From: Nitrospirota bacterium | GTDB taxonomy: Bacteria > Nitrospirota > JACRHJ01 | Assembly: GCA_963733375.1 (NCBI GenBank) | Contig: CAVTDB010000006.1 | Location: 38,095-102,094, forward strand | Direction of reading: 5' to 3' | DNA: 64,000 nt | Shown: piece by piece, positions 1-9,864 of the stretch | Position numbering within the stretch: the first letter of the stretch is position 1 | How the letters are laid out: every line of letters starts with the position of its first letter | Translations under genes and position numbers: made by a program | The notes under the pieces: generated by a model | Seen by the model: only the letters and a program-made list of their open reading frames with translations | Database searches by the model: none | What the model was told of the DNA's origin: nothing

Positions 1-2
1 TC

Positions 3-248
3 GCGCGCGCGCTTGTAAACGACCCGTCCGTCATACTCGCCGACGAGCCGACCGGGAACCTGGACAGTAAGACGAGCGTCGAGATAATGGACATATTCAC
101 CAGGCTGAACGTAGAGAAGGGGATAACCATCGTTCTGGTCACCCACGAACCGGACATTGCCTTGTTCGCGAAGAGGCAGATACATTTTAAAGACGGTAAA
201 ATCATCTCAGACGAGAAAACCGCGCCCTCCGCGAAGGCAGGTGCCTAA
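3..248 (+). CDS. ABC transporter ATP-binding protein (MacB/LolD-like), C-terminal part, truncated by the window start
   Basis: Manual translation gives [24 protein letters not shown]...IVLVTHE (Walker B, D-loop, H-loop); TAA at 246-248; lies upstream of a MacB-type permease. Confidence 0.9.
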   Translation, partial: ARALVNDPSVILADEPTGNLDSKTSVEIMDIFTRLNVEKGITIVLVTHEPDIALFAKRQIHFKDGKIISDEKTAPSAKAGA

Positions 249-251
249 GCC

Positions 252-1467
252 ATGTTCATATTACCGACATTAAAAATTGCGTTCCGGGGTCTCCGGGTAA
301 ACAAAATGCGTTCCGCGCTTACTATGCTGGGGATAATAATAGGCGTGGCGGCGGTAATAACGATGCTCGCCGTCGGCGAAGGCGCGAAACAGTCCCTGGC
401 GCAGTCGATAGCGTCGCTTGGGAGCAACATGATACTGGTGATACCGGGGAGCACCACGTCCGGCGGGGCAAGGATGGGTACGGGTAATACGACTACCCTG
501 GTGCCCGAGGACGCCCAGGCGCTGACGAGTGAGAGCGCGATAGACTCCGCCGCCCCCCTGGTGCGCGGCACGGGACAGGTCGTATTTCAGGACAGGAACT
601 GGAGCACGTCTATAATGGGCACGACAGAGGATTACGAGTTCGTCCGGGAATGGCCGGTATCTAAAGGCAGGTTTATAATCAAGCAGGACGTGGACGGCAG
701 AACGAAGAACTGTCTTGTAGGCCAGACGGTCGTCGAGGAGATATTCGGCGACGAGGACCCCATAGGCAAGATAATCCGGATAAAGCAGGTGCCGTTCACG
801 GTGGTGGGCGTGCTTGAAAAGAAAGGCCAGTCCCCGATCGGGCCAGGACCAGGACGACACCGTGCTCGTGCCGCTCTCGACTGCCATGTCCAGGCTTTTC
901 GGGATAACGTCCGTGCACGCCATAATGGTCAAAGGAAAAAGCAATGACCAGATGGACCGGGCGGTGGACCAGGTGACGGCGCTCCTGCGGCAGAGGCATA
1001 AAATAACGGAAGGCGAAGATGACGATTTCTCCGTCAGGAACCTGTCCGAAATGCTCGCCACCGCGGAGGCCCAGACGAGGATAATGGCTATACTCCTGGG
1101 CAGCGTTGCCTCGGTTTCTCTTTTGGTCGGCGGCATCGGGATAATGAACATAATGCTCGTCTCCGTCACCGAGAGGACCCGCGAGATAGGCATAAGGATG
1201 GCCGTCGGGGCAAAGGAGAAGGACATCCTGCTTCAGTTCCTGGTGGAGGCGGTCGTGCTCTCGCTGATCGGCGGCATCATCGGGATAATGCTCGGGGTGG
1301 GACTCTCGACGGCTGTGGCGATGTTCTCGCAGTTTAAGACCAGCGTGTCGCTTTACAGCGTGCTTCTGTCGTTTCTCTTCTCGGCGGCGGTCGGGATATT
1401 CTTCGGTTTTTATCCCGCAAAGAAAGCGGCGGGGATGGACCCGATTTCAGCCCTGCGTTACGAGTAG
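252..1467 (+). CDS. MacB/FtsX-family ABC permease (one frameshift near 840)
   Basis: ORFs 252-947 and 814-1467 join; motifs RSALTMLGIIIGVAAVI, GGIGIMNIMLVSVTERTREIGIRMAVGA and the C-terminal DPISALRYE. Confidence 0.92.
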
Positions 1468-1506
1468 CGCCGGAATCGGCATTGGAGAGTGAAAAAGGGG
1501 GAATGA

Positions 1507-2340
1507 ATGAACGGCAAGCTCCGCATAGGCGAGATAAAATACGCTAACTGCACGCCGCTGTATTCGATGCTCAAAAGGTATTCCGACTGCTCTGACTTCG
1601 AATTCGTACCGGGCGAGCCGTCGGAGCTTAACCTGCTTCTCTCGAATGGCGGGATAGATATAAGTTCCTCGTCTTCCATCGAGTACGCGAGACACTGGCG
1701 GGAGTATCTTGCCGTGCCAGGCGTATCCATAAGCTCGCATGGCAAGGTCGGAAGCATCCTGCTTTTTTCAAGGAAATCCATAGAATCACTCGCGGGCGCG
1801 GAAATATCGGTGTCCTCCGCATCCGCCACCTCCGTCGTTTTGCTGAAGGCGCTTCTTAAGTTCAGGTATGGGATCGAAGTGAAGTTAGTCCCACGGAGGC
1901 CTGTCTTAAATGAAATGCTGGAGGGACGGCAGGCCGCGCTTCTGATCGGAGACGAAGCCCTGAAAGAAAACCTGGCGCTAGACCCGTCCCTGGGGCTTAA
2001 GGTATATGACCTGGGGACGCTCTGGCAGGAGTTTACAGGGCTTCCGTTCGTTTATGCGCTATGGATGGTCCGAGAGGACTCCGCAAAACGTCTTCCAGAG
2101 CTTGCAAGACTTTTTAAAACGGGAATAATCTCGGCGAAGGAAGCCGCCGCCGGCAGGTATGCCGAAATTGCGGCCTCTGCCCCGGAATCCGCCTGGATGG
2201 GCATCCCCAATCTGGTCGATTACTGGGAAACCATGTCTTACGAACTTTCGGATGAGCATATAGCCGGGCTTATGAAATTCTACGAATTTGCCAAAGAGCT
2301 CGGCGAGGTCTCAGACGTCCCTCGGCTCCGGTTCCTCTAA
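1507..2340 (+). CDS. mqnA: Chorismate dehydratase MqnA (futalosine menaquinone pathway)
   Basis: Motifs RIGEIKYANCTP, GKVGSILLFS, SATSVVLL, LLIGDEAL and DLGTLWQEFTGLPFVYALW. Confidence 0.85.
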   Translation: MNGKLRIGEIKYANCTPLYSMLKRYSDCSDFEFVPGEPSELNLLLSNGGIDISSSSSIEYARHWREYLAVPGVSISSHGKVGSILLFSRKSIESLAGAEISVSSASATSVVLLKALLKFRYGIEVKLVPRRPVLNEMLEGRQAALLIGDEALKENLALDPSLGLKVYDLGTLWQEFTGLPFVYALWMVREDSAKRLPELARLFKTGIISAKEAAAGRYAEIAASAPESAWMGIPNLVDYWETMSYELSDEHIAGLMKFYEFAKELGEVSDVPRLRFL

Positions 2341-2352
2341 AACCGTATTTAA

Positions 2353-2381
2353 TTGACTTTTTAGGCAATTTCCTGTAAATT
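2353..2381 (+). promoter_or_regulatory. sigma70-like promoter upstream of mobA
   Basis: TTGACT-17bp-TAAATT; the GTG start lies 6 nt after the -10 box. Confidence 0.55.
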
Positions 2382-2387
2382 AAATCT

Positions 2388-3104
2388 GTGGCCGACAGCC
2401 TGATTCCGGTAAGCGCCGTGATACTCGCGGGCGGTGAAAACCGCCGAATGAAAATCCCCAAGGCATTCCTTGTAATCGGGGGAATTTCCATAATCGAGAG
2501 GCAGGCTGCCGCCCTGACAGGTGGGACAACGGATGGCTGGCAGGGGCCGATTAGAGGCATGTCGAGACGACTTGCCGGACTGAACGCCGGGGAGTCGGAA
2601 GGCGCATTTTTTAATGAATTGATAGTCGTCGCAAATGACCCCGCACCCTATGAATCTCTTGGATTTAAGGCCCTGCCGGACGATCCGGAATTTTCAGGAC
2701 AAAAAGGTCCCTTAATTGGCGTTTATACAGGGCTTCAAGCGGCAAGGAACCAGACCATCTTCGTTGTTGCCTGCGACATGCCCTTCATCTCCGGGAAGCT
2801 TGCCCGCAGACTTGCACAGCTTAAGGGGGGCCATGACGCCGTGGTCCCGGTAATAAAGAGATACCCGGAGCCGCTTTTCGCGGTTTATTCCAAGACGGTT
2901 CTGAAATACGCCGGGAGTGCGCTGAGAAACGGCAGGCCGCGGCTTCAGGAGCTTTTCAAGGATCTGGACGTCTTGTTCGTGGATGAGAGCGAGGCCATGG
3001 AGTACGATCCGGGGCTTCTTTCTTTCATCAATGTGAATACGCCGGAAGAACTAAAAATGGCGGAAGGCCTGGCCAAAGGGCGGAAATCGCATTTGATTAC
3101 TTGA
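2388..3104 (+). CDS. mobA: Molybdenum cofactor guanylyltransferase
   Basis: Motifs AVILAGGENRRM, GPLIGVYTGL, VVACDMPF, EPLFAVY and FINVNTPEEL. Confidence 0.88.
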   Translation: MADSLIPVSAVILAGGENRRMKIPKAFLVIGGISIIERQAAALTGGTTDGWQGPIRGMSRRLAGLNAGESEGAFFNELIVVANDPAPYESLGFKALPDDPEFSGQKGPLIGVYTGLQAARNQTIFVVACDMPFISGKLARRLAQLKGGHDAVVPVIKRYPEPLFAVYSKTVLKYAGSALRNGRPRLQELFKDLDVLFVDESEAMEYDPGLLSFINVNTPEELKMAEGLAKGRKSHLIT

Positions 3105-3132
3105 CCGGGGAGAAAATTCCGGAGGTTGAAAA

Positions 3133-3296
3133 TTGTTCGGCGAGACGATAGGCATCGGTGAGTTGCTGCTCATCTTGCTGATAGTGGTGGTGGTATTCGG
3201 GGCGGGGAAGCTCCCCCAGATAGGCGAAGGGCTGGGGAAGGCGATAGCGAATTTTAAAAAATCCATATCCGGGAAAGACGAAGAAAAAAGAAGTAA
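3133..3296 (+). CDS. tatA: Twin-arginine translocase subunit TatA (stop apparently lost through a poly-A indel)
   Basis: [38 protein letters not shown]; adding one A in gaagaaaaaagaagtaa restores DEEKKK-stop. Confidence 0.85.
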
Positions 3297-3312
3297 AGGA
3301 AGGTTAAAAAAG

Positions 3313-5124
3313 ATGTACCTGAACAAACTTTTAAAGCTCCTCATGATCCCGCTTGCGCTTGCGCTCCTGTCCTCCTGCGCGGCGGCGGGCTCCTCCGTTA
3401 AAAATTCCACCGGGAAAATTGAAGCTGTTAAAAAGGAAAAGCCGCTCCCCGCGGGGATCGACCAGGCTTACCTGCACTATATGAACGCTGATATGGCCGA
3501 GAAAAAAGGAGATTATCAGACGGCGATGAACGAATACGCGGTTTCCCTGACCTACGACCCCGACTCCGCGCCGCTGCTTACACTTATCGCCAAGACTCAG
3601 ATGAAGCTTGGAAAGCTGGATGAGGCCCAGACGTCCGCGGAACTGGCGATCCGGAAAGATCCGACATACCAGCCCGCATACCTCTTCCTGGGCGCACTTT
3701 ATACCTCCTCGGGCAAGAATGATAAAGCAGCCGACGTATATAAAAAATCGATAGAGCTTGACCCGGAAAAGGAAGATTCTTACGTATATCTCTCAATCCT
3801 CTATGCCACCACGGGGAACTCTCAGAAATCTCTCGATGTCCTCCAGACTTTAACGAAAAGAAATCCGGAATCCGCTATGGGGTACTTCTACATGGGCAGG
3901 GTATATTCCGACATGAAGGAGTACGACAAGGCGATCGCGGCGTTCCAGAAGACGGCGGATTTAAAACCAGAGCTTGAGATGGCCCTGACCAGCATAGCCA
4001 TAGTCCATGAGATAAAAGGGGATATGCCCGCGGCCCAGAAGGAATATGAGAAGATTCTCCAGAACGACCCGGATAACCAGGAAGTGAGGAGCCGGCTGGC
4101 GCAGTTATATATTCACAGCAAATCCTATGACAGTGCCCTGGAACAGTATAAAGACCTGCTGAAGACGAACCCCGACAATTCAGACGCCATAACTAACATG
4201 GCGTACATTTACTTGGAGCAGAAGGAATACGACAAGGCTATCGAACAGTTCGATATCCTGGCCGCGCGGCACCCCGGGGACCCCAAACCGAGGTTTTATA
4301 TCGCGCAGATTTATGAAGACCAGGGCGAGTACGCGAAAGCGGCCGAGCAGTATAAGAAGGTGCTGGAGAAAAACCCGAAAGACGTGGACTCCATCATCCA
4401 TCTCGCCTATCTGAAAGAGAAATCGGAGGGGACAGCGGCGTCGCTTGAGTACCTGAAGGCCGCCATTAAGGAAAACCCCGGGCGCTACGAGCTGTACCTG
4501 TACGTGGGCGCAACGCTTAATTCGAGCGACAAGCCGTCGGAGGCGCTCCCTTATTTAGAGAAGGCCCTGGGACTGGCGCCGGACAAGGACGATGTATATT
4601 TCAACCTCGGCATCACCTACGACAAACTGAAAGACTGGGATAAAATGGTCGCCGTGATGAAGAAGGCCATCGCCCTCAATCCGAAGAACGCCGAGGCGCT
4701 CAACTACCTGGCATACAGCTACGCGGAGAAGGGCGTGGACTTGGACGAGTCCCTGGACCTGGCGCGGAAGGCGGCAACCCTGAAGCCGGATAACGGCTTC
4801 TACCTGGACAGCGTAGGTTGGGCTTATTTCAAGAAGGGCCAAATCCCTCAGGCGAAGGAATGGCTCGAGAAGGCCGTGAATGCGGAAGCTGGAGATGCGA
4901 CGCTCCGTGAGCATCTGGGCGACGTGTTATTCCAGGATAAAATGAAAGACGCGGCAAAGGCCCAGTGGGAGAAATCTCTGGAGCTGGACCCGAAAAACGT
5001 AGCCCTGGCGAAGAAGTTCAAGGACGCCGGTTTCGGCGATCCGCCGTCCGCGAATACCGTCCCTGATAAGGGAGAAAAAGTAATCAACAAAGCTCATACC
5101 GCGCCGAAAGGGATTCACAAATAG
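3313..5124 (+). CDS. Tetratricopeptide-repeat lipoprotein (resembles the TPR gene found upstream of ispE in Proteobacteria)
   Basis: ATG 3313 begins [22 protein letters not shown] (lipobox); many TPR repeats; [11 protein letters not shown] and [11 protein letters not shown] motifs. Confidence 0.85.
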   Translation: MYLNKLLKLLMIPLALALLSSCAAAGSSVKNSTGKIEAVKKEKPLPAGIDQAYLHYMNADMAEKKGDYQTAMNEYAVSLTYDPDSAPLLTLIAKTQMKLGKLDEAQTSAELAIRKDPTYQPAYLFLGALYTSSGKNDKAADVYKKSIELDPEKEDSYVYLSILYATTGNSQKSLDVLQTLTKRNPESAMGYFYMGRVYSDMKEYDKAIAAFQKTADLKPELEMALTSIAIVHEIKGDMPAAQKEYEKILQNDPDNQEVRSRLAQLYIHSKSYDSALEQYKDLLKTNPDNSDAITNMAYIYLEQKEYDKAIEQFDILAARHPGDPKPRFYIAQIYEDQGEYAKAAEQYKKVLEKNPKDVDSIIHLAYLKEKSEGTAASLEYLKAAIKENPGRYELYLYVGATLNSSDKPSEALPYLEKALGLAPDKDDVYFNLGITYDKLKDWDKMVAVMKKAIALNPKNAEALNYLAYSYAEKGVDLDESLDLARKAATLKPDNGFYLDSVGWAYFKKGQIPQAKEWLEKAVNAEAGDATLREHLGDVLFQDKMKDAAKAQWEKSLELDPKNVALAKKFKDAGFGDPPSANTVPDKGEKVINKAHTAPKGIHK

Positions 5125-5222
5125 CGTGAAATAACCCCTCCCCCAGTGGCCGGCAAGGGGTTAAGGATAAATTGCAGGGGCCGGCCGTGAAGCTATAAGT
5201 CTTTGGAACAAGGTTTTACGCA

Positions 5223-5257
5223 AAAAGCCCGCAACGAATGTTGCGGGCTTTTTTTTA
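5223..5257. terminator. Bidirectional rho-independent terminator
   Basis: AAAAGCCCGCAAC-gaat-GTTGCGGGCTTTTTTTT between convergent genes. Confidence 0.85.
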
Positions 5258-5265
5258 TTTCCACA

Positions 5266-5303
5266 CCTCCCGTTCCCCCTCTTATCTTAAGAGTTGGGAG
5301 AGA
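5266..5303. repeat. Palindromic REP-like element (CCCCCTCTTATCTTAAGAG family)
   Basis: Reverse complement of the core at 18481-18499 (CTCTTAAGATAAGAGGGGG). Confidence 0.55.
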
Positions 5304-5309
5304 GATGCT

Positions 5310-6704
5310 TTACTTTTTATGCGGCTTAAGCGGCGGGAGGTTCATTAGCTCCTTCATCTCGCGGAGGTACGTCTCGCTGTCCGTGCGTCCTTTTTTAACC
5401 GCGCGTTTTCCGTAGAGGCTTAGCATACCGCAATAGAAGTTGAACCTTGAGATGTGCCGGAAAATCTTGCTCCAGGAGTAGAACTTCGCCATCGCCTTGA
5501 ACGTCTCCCGCTGAAGCTCGGACGGCGACATCAGCGCCGGTCGATAGACCGTGTGCTGCGCGTCATACTTGCTCCAGTCCGAGTGCAGAAGCCTCCCCTG
5601 CTCCTTGAACTCATCATAGACCGGCGTTCCCGGCAGGGGCGTGAGTATCAGGAACTGCACGGACTCCAGATGCATCTTTCTGGCGAACAACTGAGTTTCC
5701 CTGATGGCGGCGGCGTCGTCCATATCCGAACCGAAGACGAACATGCCGTGGATGCGGATCTTGCGGGCGTGGAATGCCTCAACCGCCCGGATAATATCGT
5801 CCACCCCTTGCTTCTTATTGAAAAGTTCCAGAGTCTTTTCGTTTACGGACTCAAAACCGATAAACACGTTTTCGCAGCCTGAGCGCTTCATAAGGTCGAG
5901 CAGTTCAGGGTCCGCGGCGGCGTCGCTCCTTACCTGGGCACTCCAGTTGAACTTCAGCCCCAGGGCGATAATCCGTCGCAGTAGTTCCTTGGTCCTTTTT
6001 TTGTTCGCCGTGAAGTTGTCGTCTATGAAGAATACGAACGAGCCGCTCCTGGCCGCGCTTAGTTCCTCGATTATTTTTTCCAGGCTTTTGAACCGGTATT
6101 TCCTGCCGAACATATGGATGACCGAGCAGAACCTGCATTCGAACGGACAGCCGCGCGATGTGGCGATGGGTAGGATGACCTTCGGACTCCAGCCCTGGAC
6201 CAGTGAGAAGTCCGGCGCGGGGTAAGGGTCCAGGTCAGCGATTAATTCCCTGGCGGCGTTATGCACGGGACCGTCCGGGGAGTTAAAGGAAAGACCTTTT
6301 ATATCCTCGAAAGACGCCTTCTCTTCGATGGCGCGCAGGAGTTCCACGACAGTGTGTTCGCCCTCCCCGCGCACCACGAAATCACAGTGGCCAAGAGCCT
6401 CGTCCGGCATGAACGTGACATGGGGACCGCCCATGATTACGGTCTTGCCCCTGGCGCGAAGCCTGTCGGCAAGTTTGTATGCGCGCGGAGCGGTCGACGT
6501 AATAGTGGAAATCCCGATTATCTGATAGGAATCAACTTCCTTCCAGTCGGGAGGCTCCACGTCCTCGATGAATACACGGGTCCGGTATCCTATCCCTTTC
6601 AGGATCGTCGCGACCAACACAGTGCCCAGGCGCGGTATGGGGAACGCCGAGAATACGTGCGCGCCGGGCGATTTCGCCTCGATAAAACAGATTTCCTTTT
6701 GCAT
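5310..6704 (-). CDS. B12-binding-domain radical SAM protein
   Basis: GGPHVTF, VRGEGE, TSRGCPFECRFC (CxxxCxxC) and IDDNF; probable start is the ATG at 6704. Confidence 0.88.
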   Translation of the reverse strand: MQKEICFIEAKSPGAHVFSAFPIPRLGTVLVATILKGIGYRTRVFIEDVEPPDWKEVDSYQIIGISTITSTAPRAYKLADRLRARGKTVIMGGPHVTFMPDEALGHCDFVVRGEGEHTVVELLRAIEEKASFEDIKGLSFNSPDGPVHNAARELIADLDPYPAPDFSLVQGWSPKVILPIATSRGCPFECRFCSVIHMFGRKYRFKSLEKIIEELSAARSGSFVFFIDDNFTANKKRTKELLRRIIALGLKFNWSAQVRSDAAADPELLDLMKRSGCENVFIGFESVNEKTLELFNKKQGVDDIIRAVEAFHARKIRIHGMFVFGSDMDDAAAIRETQLFARKMHLESVQFLILTPLPGTPVYDEFKEQGRLLHSDWSKYDAQHTVYRPALMSPSELQRETFKAMAKFYSWSKIFRHISRFNFYCGMLSLYGKRAVKKGRTDSETYLREMKELMNLPPLKPHKK

Positions 6705-6904
6705 GTTATTGTAAAATATTAAACCCGGGCCGGACAATTGTCAAACTTTAAGTCGCGGTTCCACTTTCGAAAAAGGATGACGTGCGTTTATTTATCTAAA
6801 CTTTTAGAGCTAAAACTCGCAGAATTTGTGAGTGCTAACGCTTACCTTAACTGACAAGCTGTTTTCTTGACTTTTAATTTGAATGAATATAGACTCCAAA
6901 ACCT

Positions 6905-7810
6905 ATGAAAAAAGGGACTGAAATCATTATTAAAGCGCCGGCTAAGGTAAATCTGCGGCTGGAAGTCATCGGCAGGAGGCCGGACGGGTATCACGACATA
7001 AGAAGCGTGATGCAGGCGCTGGAACTCTCCGATGAGGTAAAAATTACTCTGACCGGAGGGGGTATCGAGGTCGCCTGCGACTCCGGCGAAGTGCCGGACG
7101 GCGAGTCCAATATAGCTTTCCGGGCGGCTAAGGCCATTATTGGCGAGGCTGGATACGACGGCGGCGTTAGGGTGGAAATAGCCAAAAAGACGCCGGTCGC
7201 GGCGGGGCTTGGCGGCGGCTCCAGCGATGCCGCGGCGGTTTTGAAGGGACTCAATATCCTGCTGAACCTGGATCTTCCCGATGAGCGGCTCCGTGAAATC
7301 GGCGCGGGGATAGGCGCGGACGTGCCTTTTTTCCTTTCGTGGCCTGTCGCGCTCGCGGAGGGGGCAGGGGAGAGGCTGTCCCGGCTTGAACCTCTCGGCG
7401 AAATATGGTTCGTGCTGTTAAAGCCAGACTTCGGGGTCTCCACGGCCTGGGTTTATTCGCAGTTAAATTTAGGGTTGACAAAACATTCCGATAATACTAA
7501 ACTTTTCCAGTTTAAGGAAGGGGCGGATGCCTTCCTTATCGCCTCATGCCTGAAGAACGACCTCGAGCGCGTGACGGTCGTAAGGTATCCAGAGATAGAA
7601 GTCCTGAAGAAGAGACTGGTCAAAGGAGGGGCGCTGGGCGCTTTGATGTCCGGGAGCGGCCCGACGGTTTTCGGCATTTTCAGGACTGAGGCGGCAGCGA
7701 AAGCCGCCGCGGCAAGCCTTACGGACTCCGGCTGCAGATTGATCGTTACGAGAAGTATCCCCAGTTGGCCGGCGCCTGTTCTTAGAGCCCCTTTAGTGGG
7801 GGACACCTGA
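6905..7810 (+). CDS. ispE: 4-diphosphocytidyl-2-C-methyl-D-erythritol kinase
   Basis: APAKVNL, RPDGYH, PVAAGLGGGSSDAA, GADVPF and MSGSGPTVF. Confidence 0.96.
   Translation: MKKGTEIIIKAPAKVNLRLEVIGRRPDGYHDIRSVMQALELSDEVKITLTGGGIEVACDSGEVPDGESNIAFRAAKAIIGEAGYDGGVRVEIAKKTPVAAGLGGGSSDAAAVLKGLNILLNLDLPDERLREIGAGIGADVPFFLSWPVALAEGAGERLSRLEPLGEIWFVLLKPDFGVSTAWVYSQLNLGLTKHSDNTKLFQFKEGADAFLIASCLKNDLERVTVVRYPEIEVLKKRLVKGGALGALMSGSGPTVFGIFRTEAAAKAAAASLTDSGCRLIVTRSIPSWPAPVLRAPLVGDT
7475..7503 (+). promoter_or_regulatory. Internal sigma70-like promoter within ispE
   Basis: TTGACA-17bp-TAAACT in an AT-rich patch of a GC-rich gene, upstream of spoVG/tRNA-Gln/prs. Confidence 0.55.
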
Positions 7811-7833
7811 GGGTAGAGCGAGAGGGGGAATTT

Positions 7834-8106
7834 ATGGAGGTAACTGAAGTCAAAGTATTTCCTGTTTCTGAAGACAAGCTGAAGGCATACGTCACGGTAA
7901 CGTTCGACAACTCCTTCGTGGTACGCGACCTGAAGATTATCCAGGGTAAATCCGGGACGTTCGTGGCGATGCCCAGCAAGAAACGCAAAGACGGGACCTA
8001 CCGGGACATGGCGCACCCGCTCAATACCGAGACGCGCGAGATGATAGAGCAGAAAGTCATGGCTGAATACGAGAGGGAGATGGCGGCCCTCCCGGCAGAA
8101 ACATGA
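7834..8106 (+). CDS. spoVG: SpoVG family nucleic-acid-binding protein
   Basis: MEVTEVKV, LKAYVTVTFDNSFVVRDLKII, FVAMPSKK and DMAHPLN. Confidence 0.95.
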   Translation: MEVTEVKVFPVSEDKLKAYVTVTFDNSFVVRDLKIIQGKSGTFVAMPSKKRKDGTYRDMAHPLNTETREMIEQKVMAEYEREMAALPAET

Positions 8107-8115
8107 CCTGACCGT

Positions 8116-8190
8116 TGGGGCGTCGACAAGCGGTAAGTCAGGAGACTTTGAATCTCCCATTCCCAGGTTCGAATCCTGGCGCCCCAGCCA
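8116..8190 (+). tRNA. tRNA-Gln(TTG)
   Basis: Cloverleaf TGGGGCG...CGCCCCA-GCCA; anticodon loop CTTTGAA; GGTTCGAATCC. Confidence 0.97.
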
Positions 8191-8227
8191 GGATTCTTTT
8201 TTATCTCTTTAAGAGGACCATCAAGGC

Positions 8228-9169
8228 ATGGCGCAAGAACTGAAGCTTTTTTCGGGTAACGCGAATATTTTCCTGGCGAAGGAAATAGCCGACCATCTGG
8301 GGATTCCCCTGGGCGACGCCTTCGTCGCTACGTTCTCGGACGGGGAGATAAACGTAAAGATAAACGAGAACGTCCGGGGCGGGGACATTTTCGTCGTTCA
8401 GCCGACTTCACAGCCGGTAAACAACCACCTGATGGAACTGCTTATAATGATTGACGCCTTCAAGAGGGCGTCCGCCAAACGCATCACCGCGGTTATCCCG
8501 TATTACGGCTATTCTCGCCAGGACAGAAAGGCCCAGCCCCGGGTGCCTATCACAGCGAGGCTGGTGGCGGACCTGATCAGCGCCGCCGGAGCGGACAGGG
8601 TCCTGACGGTGGACCTGCACGCCGGGCAGATACAGGGCTTCTTCAACGTCCCGGTGGACAACCTCTTCGCGACGCCCGTCCTCTTCGATTATCTGAAGGA
8701 TATCGGACTGAAGGACCCTGTCGTAATATCGCCGGACGCCGGGGGAGTGGAGCGGGCGAGGGCTTTCTCCAAGAAGCTGGGCGGGAGCATCGCGATAATA
8801 GACAAGCGCAGGAGCGCCCCGAACGAAGCCGAGGTAATGAACCTTATCGGCGAGGTGTCGGGGAGGGACGCACTTCTGCTAGATGATATGATAGATACCG
8901 CGGGCACCATCACCAAGGCGGTGGACGCGATAAAGAAGCATGGGGCGAAGAAGGTGATGGCCGCGTGTTCTCACGCCGTGCTGTCCGGCCCCGCGATAAA
9001 AAGGCTTAACGAATCCGAGCTGGACAAGGTAGTCGTGACCAACACCATAGCGATGGACGGAAAGCAGAAGGAGTGCCCGAAGCTCAAGGTGCTGACTGTG
9101 GCGCCGCTTCTGGGCGAGGCGATAAAGCGGATACATGAGGAGAGCTCGCTCAGCTCTCTTTTCATGTAA
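8228..9169 (+). CDS. prs: Ribose-phosphate pyrophosphokinase
   Basis: FSDGEI, IPYYGYSRQDRK, DLHAGQIQGFF and DDMIDTAGT. Confidence 0.98.
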   Translation: MAQELKLFSGNANIFLAKEIADHLGIPLGDAFVATFSDGEINVKINENVRGGDIFVVQPTSQPVNNHLMELLIMIDAFKRASAKRITAVIPYYGYSRQDRKAQPRVPITARLVADLISAAGADRVLTVDLHAGQIQGFFNVPVDNLFATPVLFDYLKDIGLKDPVVISPDAGGVERARAFSKKLGGSIAIIDKRRSAPNEAEVMNLIGEVSGRDALLLDDMIDTAGTITKAVDAIKKHGAKKVMAACSHAVLSGPAIKRLNESELDKVVVTNTIAMDGKQKECPKLKVLTVAPLLGEAIKRIHEESSLSSLFM

Positions 9170-9196
9170 ATAAAATTTCAGGAGGAACAAAGGCAG

Positions 9197-9862
9197 ATGA
9201 AAAAAACGGCACTTAAAGTCATGGTCCGCGAAGGAAGGGGAAAGGGTTCCGCGAGGAGCCTCAGGCGCGAAGGCAGGATTCCCGGGATAATATACGGCAC
9301 CGGCGGGTCCACCCCCATTTCCCTGGACAGGAAAGAGCTTTCCAAAATAATAAACGCGGGCGAAGGCGGAAGCCAGCTCCTCACGGTCATGATAGAGGGC
9401 ATGGGCGAGAAGATGGCCATCCTCCGCGAGTACCAGGTAGACCCGATCAAGAGCGTTCTGATCCACGCCGATTTCCAGGAAGTCGCCGAGAACAAGGTCA
9501 TACACGTGACCGTGGCGGTGGTGCAGGTGGGCGGCCAGCCGGTCGGGGTAAAGGAAGGCGGAATATTCCAGCACCCGGTCAGAGAGATAATTGTCGAATG
9601 CCTGCCTTCCACGATACCGGAGCATGTCGAGGTAGACTGCTCAGGGCTTAAGGTAAACGAAGCCGTCCACGTCGGCGACCTGAAACTCCCGGAGGGTGTC
9701 AAGGCCCTCACCGACGCTGGCACCGTGCTCTTTGCCATCGCCCCGCCGATATCCGCGGAGAAGCTGGATGCAATGCTTTCGAGCGAGGCTTCCGCGGTGG
9801 TGAAGGAGCCCGAGGTCCTGACAAAGAAGAAGGAAGAAGAAGAGAAGCCGAAAGCGAAATAG
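9197..9862 (+). CDS. rplY: 50S ribosomal protein L25/Ctc
   Basis: GKGSARSLRREGRIPGIIYG, HADF and GVKEGG; located after prs. Confidence 0.95.
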   Translation: MKKTALKVMVREGRGKGSARSLRREGRIPGIIYGTGGSTPISLDRKELSKIINAGEGGSQLLTVMIEGMGEKMAILREYQVDPIKSVLIHADFQEVAENKVIHVTVAVVQVGGQPVGVKEGGIFQHPVREIIVECLPSTIPEHVEVDCSGLKVNEAVHVGDLKLPEGVKALTDAGTVLFAIAPPISAEKLDAMLSSEASAVVKEPEVLTKKKEEEEKPKAK

Positions 9863-9864
9863 TC

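Noticed and set aside
3133-5124. Apparent TatA-TPR fusion protein (663 aa)
   Set aside because: The junction is an A-run where one extra A restores a TAA. The TPR part has its own ATG, upstream AAGGAAGG and lipoprotein signal peptide, and the assembly is indel-rich.
5148-5186. HDV-like ribozyme (GGCCGGC...GCCGGCC P1 look-alike)
   Set aside because: No P3/L3 or P1.1 elements can be placed on either strand.
7834-8106. spoVG as evidence of sporulation or horizontal transfer
   Set aside because: SpoVG is a general nucleic-acid-binding protein that is also found near ispE/prs in non-sporulating bacteria.
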